A stretch of DNA of 64,000 nt from Anaerohalosphaeraceae bacterium (GCA_029973085.1 JARKTN010000084.1:2226-66225), one strand, 5' to 3'. Positions 28,833 through 38,611 are shown, counted from the stretch's first letter. Notes: generated by a model from the sequence alone, not told the origin. A program made the numbers and translations.

Positions 28833-29572
28833 GACCTGCCCCCAAGGATCGTTTTCCGCAGTTTCAGCAGTTCCGCAAACGCTCGGAGGATAACCTTTAT
28901 GTTGGCTCCGGTGGATTTGCCTGCCATTCGCGGATAGTGATGCACTCCTGTCTGCGTAATGGTATACCCCAGCCGCGCGGCGCGAGCCAGAATTTCTGTA
29001 TCAATCAGAGCTCCGGTACTGACCAGTTCAAACCGGTCAAAAATCCTGCGTTTGTACAACTTAAATGCGCAATCAATATCTTTCAGTTTCAAATCAAACA
29101 AAAAGCAAACCAGCCGCGTCCAGCAATAGGCATTGAATCGCCGAATAATGCCTTCCCGGCGGTTCAGCCGATAACAACTGACGATATCATAACGCTCTAT
29201 CAGCGGGAGAATGCCCGGCAATTCTTTCATATCGAACTGACGGTCGCCGTCTGTATAAAAAACAACCTCTTTGACAGCGGCCCGAAATCCGCTTCGAAGC
29301 GCCATCCCGTATCCGGAATTGACGGGATGGTGAACCACTTTCAGCGATGGGATTTTAGCCGTAAGGGCGTCAGCCAGCGGCCCGGTCCCGTCGGTACTGC
29401 CGTCATTGACCACGATTATTTCATATTCCCGCCCCAACCCATCCAGAACCTCCACCGCCTCATAGACCAGCGCCTCCAGGTTTTCCCGTTCATTATAACA
29501 GGGGAAAAAAACGCTCAGCGAACCATCTACGGGTCTTGAATCCGGAGCGAATTGTCTATCCGTCTCTACCAT
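28829..29572 (-). CDS. Family 2 glycosyltransferase, polyprenyl-phosphate sugar synthase-like
   Basis: LSVFFPCYNERENL...IIVVNDGSTDGT...TDGDRQFD are GT2/DPM1-like motifs (DxD). Confidence 0.85.
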   Translation of the reverse strand: MVETDRQFAPDSRPVDGSLSVFFPCYNERENLEALVYEAVEVLDGLGREYEIIVVNDGSTDGTGPLADALTAKIPSLKVVHHPVNSGYGMALRSGFRAAVKEVVFYTDGDRQFDMKELPGILPLIERYDIVSCYRLNRREGIIRRFNAYCWTRLVCFLFDLKLKDIDCAFKLYKRRIFDRFELVSTGALIDTEILARAARLGYTITQTGVHHYPRMAGKSTGANIKVILRAFAELLKLRKTILGGRS

Positions 29573-32238
29573 ACCGCTCGCTTATTGATTTGTTCAGCTT
29601 CGGTTTTAAACTCTTGACGAAATTTCTGATATATTCCCTTTTGGCTCGGATCTGTTTTAGCCAAATAATCGGCGGCATACCCCGCAAGAACCAGCAGTTC
29701 TGCATACCCCGCCTGCTTTTTCAAGGCGGCTTGATCGGTCTGAACTCGCTGAAAGAAATCCTTTAAAATTTGTGTTCCCGTTTCTCGAAACATCGGCCAC
29801 CGCAGGGCATTGTGCAATACCGTATAGGAGGCGGCACAGGGACGTAGTTGAAACCCTTTGGCGGCATAATCCATCATTTGCGAAACATGCTCCAGGTTGC
29901 GAGTTTCGATAATCAGCATGGCCGTGCTCAGATACCGTGACAGGTCGTCCGGGAAAAATGCCGTTCCATTCAGCACCGCTTCCGCAATTTGCCTGCCTTC
30001 GGCCGTATCCGTATCCGCCAGTATCTGCTGTGTGGAATCCAGATAAACCGTCTTCCAGTTGTCTGTCTGCCCGATTCCTCGCATAAATATCGAACCGGCC
30101 TGGTTGCTGGGCATCAAAATCACCCATACGCTGTTTTTCTTGAGCTCTTCATTCAGCCACTGACCGACCTTTTTCTCATCAATCGGCTGATTGCTCATTT
30201 TATTTTTCAGAACCTCAGGACCGCCGGAAAAAATCAACTGCCAGTACTCATATTTATTGTGGTTATAGGCCGCCTGCGCCCGTCCGTCCATAAATAAAAG
30301 CAACGGAATTCGGCCGCTTTGCGGATCAGGTTTCTGGCCGAATGCCAGAGCGCCGCCTTCGGTCCAGTAATTGAACATTCGCCCGTGCAGCCCATTGCCG
30401 TTGATAAAATCGCAAACTTCAAACGGCTTGACGTTCGAGGCCGTCATTCGCATAAAAACCGATTGCCGGATCGGATCGCTCGGCCACGGACGCAGATAAA
30501 TCATGATATATTTTCGGCCCCACACGATCGCACATAAAACCAAAAACAAAGCCAAGCCGCTCTGGCAAATCCTCTGCCACTTTACTGAAACCAAAGGTAA
30601 TTTCCAGGTTCCGCTCCGCCTGTGCTCCAGGGTCAAACCAATCATCTGCCAGGATTGCTCAGCCAGCAGCGCTGCAAAGGGGCAGACAGCGCCGGCTACT
30701 GCAATAAAACGCCTCGACTGCACCGCCAGATAGATCGTCATCGCAGCCAGCGTCCACAACGGAAGATCTATTTTCGGCCAAACTTCAGGCGGAGAACAGG
30801 AAACCCCACGAGCAGTTTTGGCTCGTTGTTCAAAAAAGACAGGCGCCGCCAGTCGAACCGCAATCCAGATCCCCAGAGCCAGTCCGGCCAGAATGCAAAA
30901 GCAGGCGAATGCCTCCTCGTCGCCGACTGGATTCGGCATCGTTCGAGTCTTATCCATCCAGTCAAACGCCGGCCGCCACTCATTGACCTGCCGCCATGAC
31001 GCGGCGTGTTTGCTGACGCTGATCTCAAATGTATGTGTCAGGTTGGTAAGATGAAATGGATTCAGCAGAATCATCGCTAGAAATGAAACGCCGGATGCGA
31101 GCACGACTTCCAGCGTATGCTCAAGCGGCAAAATCACCAGTCGATCCTTTTTCCAGGTCATCAAGCAGGTAAACAGAATGCCCGCTGAAAAGACAACCAT
31201 AAATTTGATCTGAGACGTCAGAATGAAAAACTCAAGCAGTTCGCGACCGGATGCCGTCAATAGCGAATACGAAACAGGCAGATTCAGCCGCAGAAAGAAA
31301 GCCAGAAACACGGCCAGCGAACTGACAATATAAAATAAAAAAAACGGCGCCTTCATGCGATCCGGCAGAAAAACCATCCCGACCCCTGCCCCTGTCAGCG
31401 CATATAAAAAGACCGCATACCCCCCTGAAAGCAGCGAAGGGGCCTCAAACACCCGGCCGGATGCTTTGCAAAGTAGCGGATAATACTCATTAGCGCAAAA
31501 TTGATGGCTGAGCAGATACGCCGCCCACCAGGTCCCGATCATCCCAAGCACAAAGGTCCATTTTTTCGGCAGTCCTCCCATAAAATGCAGTCCTATAAAC
31601 GGAACCAGCATCAGATACACATAAATATATCCTCCATGCACATTTGCCCAGAACACGACCACAGGCACAAGCAGCCAGATCCAGTGAATATTCCGGTATG
31701 TCGCCAGCGCAAGCGCCAGAAAAAAAACAGGCGTCAGAAAATTTGAATACCCCGCCGGCCGGATGTCAAAAAAAGACCGCCCCACCACCATCGCAAAGCA
31801 GGCCGCCGCCAGAGCCGGAATCCAACTGACCCCGATGACGCGGCCGACTCCATACACCGCAAAAGCCGTCAAAATGTACAGAGTAAATTTCCAGTACACC
31901 AGCATATTATAGTCATAGTCCCCCTCCTTGCCCGACAGACTCACTAGTTTATAAAAAATCAGATGCGTCAGCCAGTTCTGGTTGATCCAGCCGGTCGGAT
32001 GCCATTTTTGAATGGTCTGAATAGAAAACGGCTTGCACAAAGTCCTGGCCCATCCCGGCCATTTGGCGATATCCTCCTCGGTCGGTCCGGCTTTATGCGA
32101 ATTGAAACTGAACGGCTCAACCGTGTCCACCCCATGCTGAGCGAAATGCCGCCCGCAGGCCAGCGCCACCCACGTATCGCCGGCCGCCACCATATGGGTC
32201 GAACCATAAATCCCGAAGATCGCCAGTCCCGCTGCCAC
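29566..32238 (-). CDS. Large polytopic membrane protein with a soluble C-terminal domain; possibly a GT-C-type glycosyltransferase partner of the adjacent GT2
   Basis: More than 12 hydrophobic segments lie in the first ~560 aa, followed by a ~330-aa hydrophilic tail. It overlaps the GT2 gene by 7 nt. The functional call is by analogy with ArnC/ArnT-type gene pairs only. Confidence 0.5.
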   Translation of the reverse strand: MAAGLAIFGIYGSTHMVAAGDTWVALACGRHFAQHGVDTVEPFSFNSHKAGPTEEDIAKWPGWARTLCKPFSIQTIQKWHPTGWINQNWLTHLIFYKLVSLSGKEGDYDYNMLVYWKFTLYILTAFAVYGVGRVIGVSWIPALAAACFAMVVGRSFFDIRPAGYSNFLTPVFFLALALATYRNIHWIWLLVPVVVFWANVHGGYIYVYLMLVPFIGLHFMGGLPKKWTFVLGMIGTWWAAYLLSHQFCANEYYPLLCKASGRVFEAPSLLSGGYAVFLYALTGAGVGMVFLPDRMKAPFFLFYIVSSLAVFLAFFLRLNLPVSYSLLTASGRELLEFFILTSQIKFMVVFSAGILFTCLMTWKKDRLVILPLEHTLEVVLASGVSFLAMILLNPFHLTNLTHTFEISVSKHAASWRQVNEWRPAFDWMDKTRTMPNPVGDEEAFACFCILAGLALGIWIAVRLAAPVFFEQRAKTARGVSCSPPEVWPKIDLPLWTLAAMTIYLAVQSRRFIAVAGAVCPFAALLAEQSWQMIGLTLEHRRSGTWKLPLVSVKWQRICQSGLALFLVLCAIVWGRKYIMIYLRPWPSDPIRQSVFMRMTASNVKPFEVCDFINGNGLHGRMFNYWTEGGALAFGQKPDPQSGRIPLLLFMDGRAQAAYNHNKYEYWQLIFSGGPEVLKNKMSNQPIDEKKVGQWLNEELKKNSVWVILMPSNQAGSIFMRGIGQTDNWKTVYLDSTQQILADTDTAEGRQIAEAVLNGTAFFPDDLSRYLSTAMLIIETRNLEHVSQMMDYAAKGFQLRPCAASYTVLHNALRWPMFRETGTQILKDFFQRVQTDQAALKKQAGYAELLVLAGYAADYLAKTDPSQKGIYQKFRQEFKTEAEQINKRAVW

Positions 32239-32329
32239 AAGGAACCCTGCCCAGCGCGGCGTCGATTGGGAGGTCTGCGGCTGTATAAGATTTAATGGTT
32301 TGATGCGGTATCCTTTCTTTTACTGGGTT

Positions 32330-33514
32330 TCAGGAAAGCCACTGAGCAATCCGATCGACTCCCTTTTCAATCTGTTCCAGCGAGCAGGCAAAACTCAGCC
32401 GCACATTTCCCGGCGAACCAAAGGGCTTACCCGGCACCACTGCCACCATCTTCTGTTCCAGCAGCGCCTTGGCAAAATCCATGCTGTCGTTGATTTTTAC
32501 TCCGCCGATTGTCCGCCCTAAATGTGATGAGATATCCGGAAAACAGTAAAACGCCCCTTGCGGCATCATACAGGTCACGTCTCGGATAGCGCCCAAACGC
32601 TGAGCCATTACCTTGGCGCGTTTTTCAAATTCCGCCCGCATCTTTTCAACTGCTCCGGATTGGTCTTTCAGTGCGGCCATCGCCCCATACTGCGCAAATG
32701 TCACCGGGTTGCTGGTTACATGGTCCTGCAGCCGCGACATCGCCTTTAAAATATCCGCCGGCCCGGCCGTATATCCAAGCCGCCAGCCCGTCATTGAAAA
32801 CGACTTGCTGAATCCATTGATCGTCAGCGTTCGATTGTAGGCATCTGCGCTCAGCGAGGCAAAACTCACAAACTTCGTATCTCCAAACACAAGCCGCTCA
32901 TAAATCTCATCCGACAACACCATCACCTTCGTCCCCTCCAATACTTTGGCCAAACCCGCCAGTTCCTCTGGACTGTAGCAGAAGCCCCCGGGATTATTCG
33001 GCGAGTTCAGTACCAGCATCGTTGTCTTAGGCCCAATTGCCGCCTGCAATTGGCTGGGGGTGATCTTGTAATCAGTCTTGGCCGTTGTCTCCAAAATTAT
33101 CGCCTTCGCCCCCGCCAGTTGAATCGTTTCCGGATACGTCACCCAATACGGCACAGGCAGCAGTACCTCATCCCCCGGATCCAGCGCCGCCTGCATAGCC
33201 ATATAGACCGAATGCTTGGCCCCAATATTGACTACTACCTGTTCCGGTGTGTATTTTAAGTTGTTTTCTTGCAACAACTTATCTGCAATGGCCTTACGAA
33301 GTTCCATCAGCCCGGCTGCTGGAGTATATTTTGTTTGTCCCCTTTTCAGCGACTCAACCGCTGCATCCTTGATAAATTGAGGCGTATCAAAATCCGGCTC
33401 CCCAGCGCCAAAGCTCAAAACATCGAACCCCTGTGCCTTCATTTCCTTGGCCCGCGAGGTCACCGCCAGGGTAGCCGATGGCGCAACTGCCTGCGCCCGT
33501 TGCGATATCTTCAT
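32330..33514 (-). CDS. Class I/II pyridoxal-phosphate aminotransferase (aspartate aminotransferase-like)
   Basis: GEPDFDTP, NSPNNPGG and the PLP-lysine context SFSKSFSMTGWRLGY. Confidence 0.9.
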   Translation of the reverse strand: MKISQRAQAVAPSATLAVTSRAKEMKAQGFDVLSFGAGEPDFDTPQFIKDAAVESLKRGQTKYTPAAGLMELRKAIADKLLQENNLKYTPEQVVVNIGAKHSVYMAMQAALDPGDEVLLPVPYWVTYPETIQLAGAKAIILETTAKTDYKITPSQLQAAIGPKTTMLVLNSPNNPGGFCYSPEELAGLAKVLEGTKVMVLSDEIYERLVFGDTKFVSFASLSADAYNRTLTINGFSKSFSMTGWRLGYTAGPADILKAMSRLQDHVTSNPVTFAQYGAMAALKDQSGAVEKMRAEFEKRAKVMAQRLGAIRDVTCMMPQGAFYCFPDISSHLGRTIGGVKINDSMDFAKALLEQKMVAVVPGKPFGSPGNVRLSFACSLEQIEKGVDRIAQWLS

Positions 33515-33896
33515 TTTAGTCCCTTTTTTTGTTAGAAATTTTTATTTTTTTGATTTTCATTTTTCGGCATTCCGTAAACTTCATCCCTTCCCTCCAGAAA
33601 AGACTCTTCATGCGCCATCCGGAACATAATCCCGACTTCCCGGAGTTGTTTTCTTAGTCGGACTATTGAACCCCAAAATGTCTCTTTTTTCAATCGAAAA
33701 CTTGGAAATAAGAAACCTGAGTTTTATAGCATATCCTTAAAAAATTGGTTAAAAGTCAAAATAGAACGTTTTAAAAAAGATCTTCTGTTTCAACTGTTTA
33801 CATATGAAACATCTGCAAAAGATTCTAAAAAACCTCAAGCAGTTTGTAGTTGATTGAAGGAAAAAGATCTGGCCCTATTTTTGTCGTCAAAAAGAG

Positions 33897-34241
33897 TTAT
33901 TCCAGCCCCAGTTTTGTCAGAATTTCGCCGATTCTGTCAAAATTCATTTTATTACAGATCTCGCTGGCTCCTGCCGCCAGCAGCAAATCATTGCCTTCCT
34001 CTCTTGCCGAAATCCCGATGATCGGAATTTCATATCCCGATTTCCGGATGTATTTGATGAGTTCACTGCCCTTGAAATCCGCCAAATCATAATCAACCAT
34101 AACAACATCAAACCCGCCTACATCAAATTCATGCTGGGCCTCCATTACCATCGTGTGAATCGTCACTTCGTGATTCCGCAAAAAGGCCCCTGCAACAACC
34201 CGCGCAAACGTCTCATGATTTTCAACCAGCAGAATTCGCAT
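33897..34241 (-). CDS. Stand-alone response regulator receiver domain
   Basis: MRILLVENHE...DVVMVDYDLADFKG...IPIIGISA matches the CheY-like fold pattern. There is no output domain. Confidence 0.7.
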   Translation of the reverse strand: MRILLVENHETFARVVAGAFLRNHEVTIHTMVMEAQHEFDVGGFDVVMVDYDLADFKGSELIKYIRKSGYEIPIIGISAREEGNDLLLAAGASEICNKMNFDRIGEILTKLGLE

Positions 34242-34298
34242 TTTACTAACCTTGTTCTTCAGGACTTACTGATTAACCCGCTTGACAGTATACCTTCT

Positions 34299-34895
34299 TT
34301 ATTGAGTTTGGGCGATACTTTTTTTGGGACTTTGTTTTCGGAAAAACATGACCTTCATACTTGACCATTCGCGCTTATCAATCAGTTCCAAATGGCCATA
34401 GACCTCAGGAACAATGGCCCGAATGTGGGTGCGAAGTATCACGGTTGCCCCCTCTTTGACCTGCAAACTGATCCTTTCCATCAAGTCGCCGATCTTTGTA
34501 CTTGGGCCGCAGTCTTCGCTCATTTTATACGGAGGATCCACAAAGACCAGATCGCACGGATTCTCCTGCGCTGCAGCCCCAAGGGTCAGGGCATTATGGC
34601 AAATCACCCGAGATTGCCCGACAAAGCCCGCCCTGGAGATATTCTGCTCCAGAACCTGAACAGCTCGGCGGTCCCGGTCGATAAAGGTAACCCAGCGCGC
34701 ACCCCTACTGAGGGCCTCCAGGCCCATGGAACCGGCCCCGCAGAACAAGTCGGCCGCAACCGCCTCTGCTGGCAGACCCCACTTAAACATAATGCTAAAG
34801 ACAGACTCTTTGATCCTGTCTGTAATCGGCCGAGTATCCAGCCCTTTGGTCGAAAGCAGCCGCATACCTCGTTTTGAACCCGAAATAATCCGCAT
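34299..34895 (-). CDS. rsmD: 16S rRNA (guanine966-N2)-methyltransferase
   Basis: MRIISGSKRGMRL...TRPITDRIKESVFSI...DLFCGAGSMGLEALSRGA...VFVDPPY is the canonical RsmD pattern. Confidence 0.85.
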   Translation of the reverse strand: MRIISGSKRGMRLLSTKGLDTRPITDRIKESVFSIMFKWGLPAEAVAADLFCGAGSMGLEALSRGARWVTFIDRDRRAVQVLEQNISRAGFVGQSRVICHNALTLGAAAQENPCDLVFVDPPYKMSEDCGPSTKIGDLMERISLQVKEGATVILRTHIRAIVPEVYGHLELIDKREWSSMKVMFFRKQSPKKSIAQTQ

Positions 34896-35065
34896 GGCCC
34901 CATTCTTCTCAAAGCGTTAGAGATAAAAACGCTATTTTAAGGGATTTTGTGAATTTGACAACGGAATCCTGCAAATTCGCAGATCCGGCAAAAGAGCCGT
35001 TGACAGAAGGTTGTCTTTTCTTTTATAATAATTTTTTACAGGTCCTGCAAACGGAGAATTCGGCG

Positions 35066-35947
35066 ATGCAGCTATTAATAAGTCTGAGCGGAAGCAGTGT
35101 TAACGAACTGAAGTTTGATCGGGGCCCGATTTATGTCGGCCGACAAAAGGGAAGCCAGGTCTTCCTGCCGGATGCCGCTGTGTCTCGCCAGCATGCCGTT
35201 TTCTATACAACCAAATACGGAACCTGGATCATAGAGGATCTCGGTTCGGCCAACAAAACATTTCTTAACAATATCGCAATTCACAAAGCCGAACTCAAGG
35301 AAGGCGATGTCGTTCAGATCGCGGATTTTCAGATTCGGATTAAACTGGATGACAAAGAAAACAACGATCTGGTTCCGCAAACCGGTAAAGAAGATACGCT
35401 GGTCGGAGCACAGATACGCAAGGAACTGCATACAGTAGAGCGAAACCTCGAAGCGGCAGATGCACCGCCGATTCGCATCCCCCCCAAGCGAATCCGTCAG
35501 ATGGCGCAGGCCATAGATCAATTGTGCAGCGAACAGTCTCTGGACGCTTTTGCTAAAATCCTGGGAGAAATTCTGCTGCGCCAATTTACCGGGCTTAACG
35601 TATGGATTTCACTCCGCAAAGAACCCTCCGGCCCGATGGATATTGAAATAGGCCGCAAGGTCACCACGGTATCGCTCCAACGGGTGGATCTGGCGGTGCC
35701 GGCCAGTTTGGAGGAATCCCTGAATAAACAAAAATACTTGCTGATTCACCAAATGCCTCGCCAAATTATCAATCGAGGCATCCGATCGGTTATCATCGCG
35801 CCGGTTATTTATGAAAAGAACTGCCACGGCGCGCTGTATCTTGAAAATTCCACCGAACATGCCCATTACAGTTTGATGGATCTGGACTATCTTCTGATCT
35901 TGTCGCTTTATGTTGGGATACACATTCAGCGTCTTCGCCGCATCTGA
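35066..35947 (+). CDS. FHA domain protein with a C-terminal GAF-like domain
   Basis: I chose the ATG at 35066, which has GGAG upstream. FHA core: IYVGRQKGSQVFLPDAAVSRQHAVF...WIIEDLGSANKTFLNN. The C-terminal ...SVIIAPVIYEKNCHGALYLENS...YSLMDLDYLLILSLYVG is GAF-like. Confidence 0.75.
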   Translation: MQLLISLSGSSVNELKFDRGPIYVGRQKGSQVFLPDAAVSRQHAVFYTTKYGTWIIEDLGSANKTFLNNIAIHKAELKEGDVVQIADFQIRIKLDDKENNDLVPQTGKEDTLVGAQIRKELHTVERNLEAADAPPIRIPPKRIRQMAQAIDQLCSEQSLDAFAKILGEILLRQFTGLNVWISLRKEPSGPMDIEIGRKVTTVSLQRVDLAVPASLEESLNKQKYLLIHQMPRQIINRGIRSVIIAPVIYEKNCHGALYLENSTEHAHYSLMDLDYLLILSLYVGIHIQRLRRI

Positions 35948-35991
35948 ACAAACATACGGGATTTACGTCTGTCTCCATTCTGGTCGATAAA

Positions 35992-36486
35992 TCAATCTCT
36001 GGAAGAATGTCCTGACAGAACGCCGGAGGTGCGGCTCAGGTGATTTAGTTGGAGCTGATGGAGTTGATTGTTCTTTTCGAGCAGCGTACAGACCAGCCGG
36101 ATTTGTGAAAACAGCAGTTCCATCAAATCCATATTGACCTGCGCCGTCTGGAGGGTATATTCCGGCAAAACTACAAAAAGGTAGCCCGCATTGATCCGCT
36201 CGGTATAGAGTTCGGTTCCAATAAGGCACCCTTTGTCAATAGCGATCAAGACCGGATCCTGGCCGTCGTCTATGCGGTCGCAAAACGACAATAATGTATC
36301 TTCTTCCGGAAAATCGGCCTTCAACCGAACCGGATCGCTTGAAAATACGCTTTTATCGGTTCCGACCAGAATCAGCCAGGGGCCGTCTTCCGGCACATCC
36401 GGCAGCATCACCCGCGACAGTTGTTCAAGGAACAGCCGTCCGGAGGAAAACAGGGATTGATATATACTTTCCATATTTATTGACAT
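35992..36486 (-). CDS. Hypothetical protein, last gene of the STAS/RsbW-like cluster
   Basis: A 164-aa ORF co-directional with, and downstream of, the two partner-switching genes. No recognisable motif. Confidence 0.4.
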   Translation of the reverse strand: MSINMESIYQSLFSSGRLFLEQLSRVMLPDVPEDGPWLILVGTDKSVFSSDPVRLKADFPEEDTLLSFCDRIDDGQDPVLIAIDKGCLIGTELYTERINAGYLFVVLPEYTLQTAQVNMDLMELLFSQIRLVCTLLEKNNQLHQLQLNHLSRTSGVLSGHSSRD

Positions 36487-36605
36487 CCGAATAAACGTGG
36501 TTAGTGTCGGCCGAAAACAAGTGCGACTTTTCTAAAACCTGAAAATAAAAGAAAAAAGAAGGAAATCAGAAAGCCGCAAAAGAATTATAGGACGCCTGTG
36601 GAATT

Positions 36606-37067
36606 TCAGAAGGGTTGGGACTCAGGCAGATCGGACACAGGTGCACTGCCGCTCTTAAATTTGACCATGTGGATCTGATTGCCTTTGGGACTGTACTGAA
36701 CCTGATCCATATACGCACGGACAAGCAAAACGCCCCGACCTGAGGATTTATATAAATTTTCCGGATTTCGAGGATCCGGCAGCGCATCGGGATTAAAACC
36801 CGGACCCTGATCGGCAATTGTCACCTCAAAACGATCGGGGGTAATGGAATATCGTACAAAAATTTTCTTCTTTGGATCCGACTGATTGCCATGCTGAACC
36901 GCATTGACAAAAACCTCTTCAAGAGCCAGGTGAATGGCGAATCGATCCGACTCTTCAAAGCCCTGTTTTTTGGCTTTTTCCAGAAGTTCGCCGCACAAAC
37001 TCTCGGCTGCCTGCAGGGTATTGGGAATTTCCAAGTGCCAGGGCGAACTTTCTGGATGGGATTTCAT
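36606..37067 (-). CDS. Anti-sigma-factor-type serine kinase (RsbW/SpoIIAB-like GHKL ATPase)
   Basis: LALEEVFVNAVQHGN (N-box), DQGPGFNP (G1) and SGRGVLLVRAYMD (G2). Confidence 0.75.
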   Translation of the reverse strand: MKSHPESSPWHLEIPNTLQAAESLCGELLEKAKKQGFEESDRFAIHLALEEVFVNAVQHGNQSDPKKKIFVRYSITPDRFEVTIADQGPGFNPDALPDPRNPENLYKSSGRGVLLVRAYMDQVQYSPKGNQIHMVKFKSGSAPVSDLPESQPF

Positions 37068-37124
37068 TACTTCTCCTGTCGCAAATGGATCAGATCTCCG
37101 AGGTTGCGATAAAGAGTCTGATCT

Positions 37125-37511
37125 CTAACTCAATCCTTCAAGAGCTTCCTGGCGGGAAGGATAGATTTCGAAAATTTTATCCAAACGGGTAATCTTGAAA
37201 ATCTCATAAATCTTCGTCTGAATGCAGCAAAGTCGAAACACTCCATCGGCTTCGTTTATCTTTTTACTTAGCCGAATCAGAAGGCCCAGAACTGAACTTG
37301 TCAGAAAACGAACTTGTGAAAAGTCGGCCACCAATTTAATCGGATTGTTTTCCTCGATCAGAGACAGGAATGATCGCTCCAGCGCCTGGATCTGAGACTC
37401 CTCAAGAATTTTCTCGTCCGTAAGGGTTGCCACAATCACAACGTCATCCACATATTCGATAGTCATATTGGGACTTTTGAGATCCATATAGTCCTCCATT
37501 TCAATTTTCAT
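37125..37511 (-). CDS. STAS domain protein (anti-sigma-factor antagonist-like)
   Basis: It is ~128 aa long, and the pattern ...DFSQVRFLTSSVLGLLIRLSKK... contains the phosphorylatable Ser context typical of SpoIIAA/RsbV. Confidence 0.75.
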   Translation of the reverse strand: MKIEMEDYMDLKSPNMTIEYVDDVVIVATLTDEKILEESQIQALERSFLSLIEENNPIKLVADFSQVRFLTSSVLGLLIRLSKKINEADGVFRLCCIQTKIYEIFKITRLDKIFEIYPSRQEALEGLS

Positions 37512-37746
37512 GTAATTTGCGAATCCTACGCAAAGGCCTGATCCATGTCAAGCCCACAGATAAAACAGAGCCATAAATATCAAAAATCGATACACTTACG
37601 ATTTATTTTAACAATCTATATGTTCAAATTACGGCAAAAATAAAAAAAAAGATGAAAAAACACATTCTTTATTTATTATCTATTGCAGATCTACATACTA
37701 TAGTTATAAAAAACTTTCGTTTTTTTAATTAAAGATAATTTTACCC

Positions 37747-37774
37747 TTGCAAGTCTTGAACATTTATTGATAAT
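37747..37774 (+). promoter_or_regulatory. Candidate promoter for the Rrf2-family regulator gene
   Basis: TTGCAA (37747-37752), a 16-nt spacer, then GATAAT (37769-37774). Confidence 0.3.
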
Positions 37775-37796
37775 GAACATAGAGATTCGATAGATT

Positions 37797-37815
37797 TTCC
37801 TGAACGATTCAGGAA
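37797..37815. promoter_or_regulatory. Perfect 8-3-8 palindrome; candidate operator just downstream of the putative -10 element
   Basis: TTCCTGAA-cga-TTCAGGAA, read directly from the sequence. It lies between the candidate promoter and the Rrf2 start at 37931. Confidence 0.35.
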
Positions 37816-37930
37816 GGGCTTTACAAAATGGCGGACTTGATTTTTATCAGACTGAAAATAAATCCAATACTGGTTTGTCTTGTAAAAGAAACGCGTTTAT
37901 CAACCATATATTAAAGACAGGAGGTTATGT

Positions 37931-38332
37931 ATGAAAATCAGCAGATCGACCGGATATGCTCTTGTGGCGGTTGGCTACATCGCTCTAAATTATAAGGATG
38001 GAGCAGTCTTGGCTGCAAGGATCTCGAAAGAGTATAATATTCCTCTGGAATACCTTTTAAAAATCCTCCAACAACTGGTACGAGCCAATGTCCTTCGCAG
38101 CAAACGCGGTCCGCGAGGCGGCTTTTTCCTGGCACGTCCCTCCGAGAGTATTACACTGCTGGAAATTATCGAAGCCGTGGACGGGCCGCTGATGAGCCAT
38201 CTCCATCTGGCTGAACAGACCAACCATGCCCCGTTCAGCATGAAAATGGAGGAACTCTGCCGTAAAGCAACCGAGGAAGTACGCGTCATTTACGACAAGG
38301 CCAAACTCTCCAAGATGCTTGGGCAGGAATAG
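37931..38332 (+). CDS. Rrf2 family transcriptional regulator
   Basis: MKISRSTGYALVAVGYIA...ISKEYNIPLEYLLKILQQLVRANVLRSKRGPRGGFFLARP is the canonical Rrf2 winged-helix pattern. No C-terminal three-Cys cluster is evident. Confidence 0.85.
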   Translation: MKISRSTGYALVAVGYIALNYKDGAVLAARISKEYNIPLEYLLKILQQLVRANVLRSKRGPRGGFFLARPSESITLLEIIEAVDGPLMSHLHLAEQTNHAPFSMKMEELCRKATEEVRVIYDKAKLSKMLGQE

Positions 38333-38347
38333 ACGCTTCGACCTGTC

Positions 38348-38611
38348 ATGGAAATCCGCGCGTTTCAGCAGTGGATAAAAGATCGCTACGAGCAAAGGGA
38401 TCGGCAGCGAGGGACGCCTGGAACTTTTCTTTGGTTTATTGAAGAAGTCGGCGAATTGGCAACCGCCCTTTCCGGACAGGATCAGGCCAGTAAATCGGAA
38501 GAATTTGCAGATGTTTTAGCTTGGCTGTGCACACTGGCTAATATCAACGATGTTGATCTGGAAAAGGCCATTGAAAAGTACACGATAAAAGGGGTTGAAG
38601 GATTTAAATAA
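38348..38611 (+). CDS. MazG-like nucleotide pyrophosphohydrolase domain protein
   Basis: LWFIEEVGELATAL...EEFADVLAWLCTLANINDVDLEKA matches the E..E...E..D MazG motif pattern. Confidence 0.75.
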   Translation: MEIRAFQQWIKDRYEQRDRQRGTPGTFLWFIEEVGELATALSGQDQASKSEEFADVLAWLCTLANINDVDLEKAIEKYTIKGVEGFK

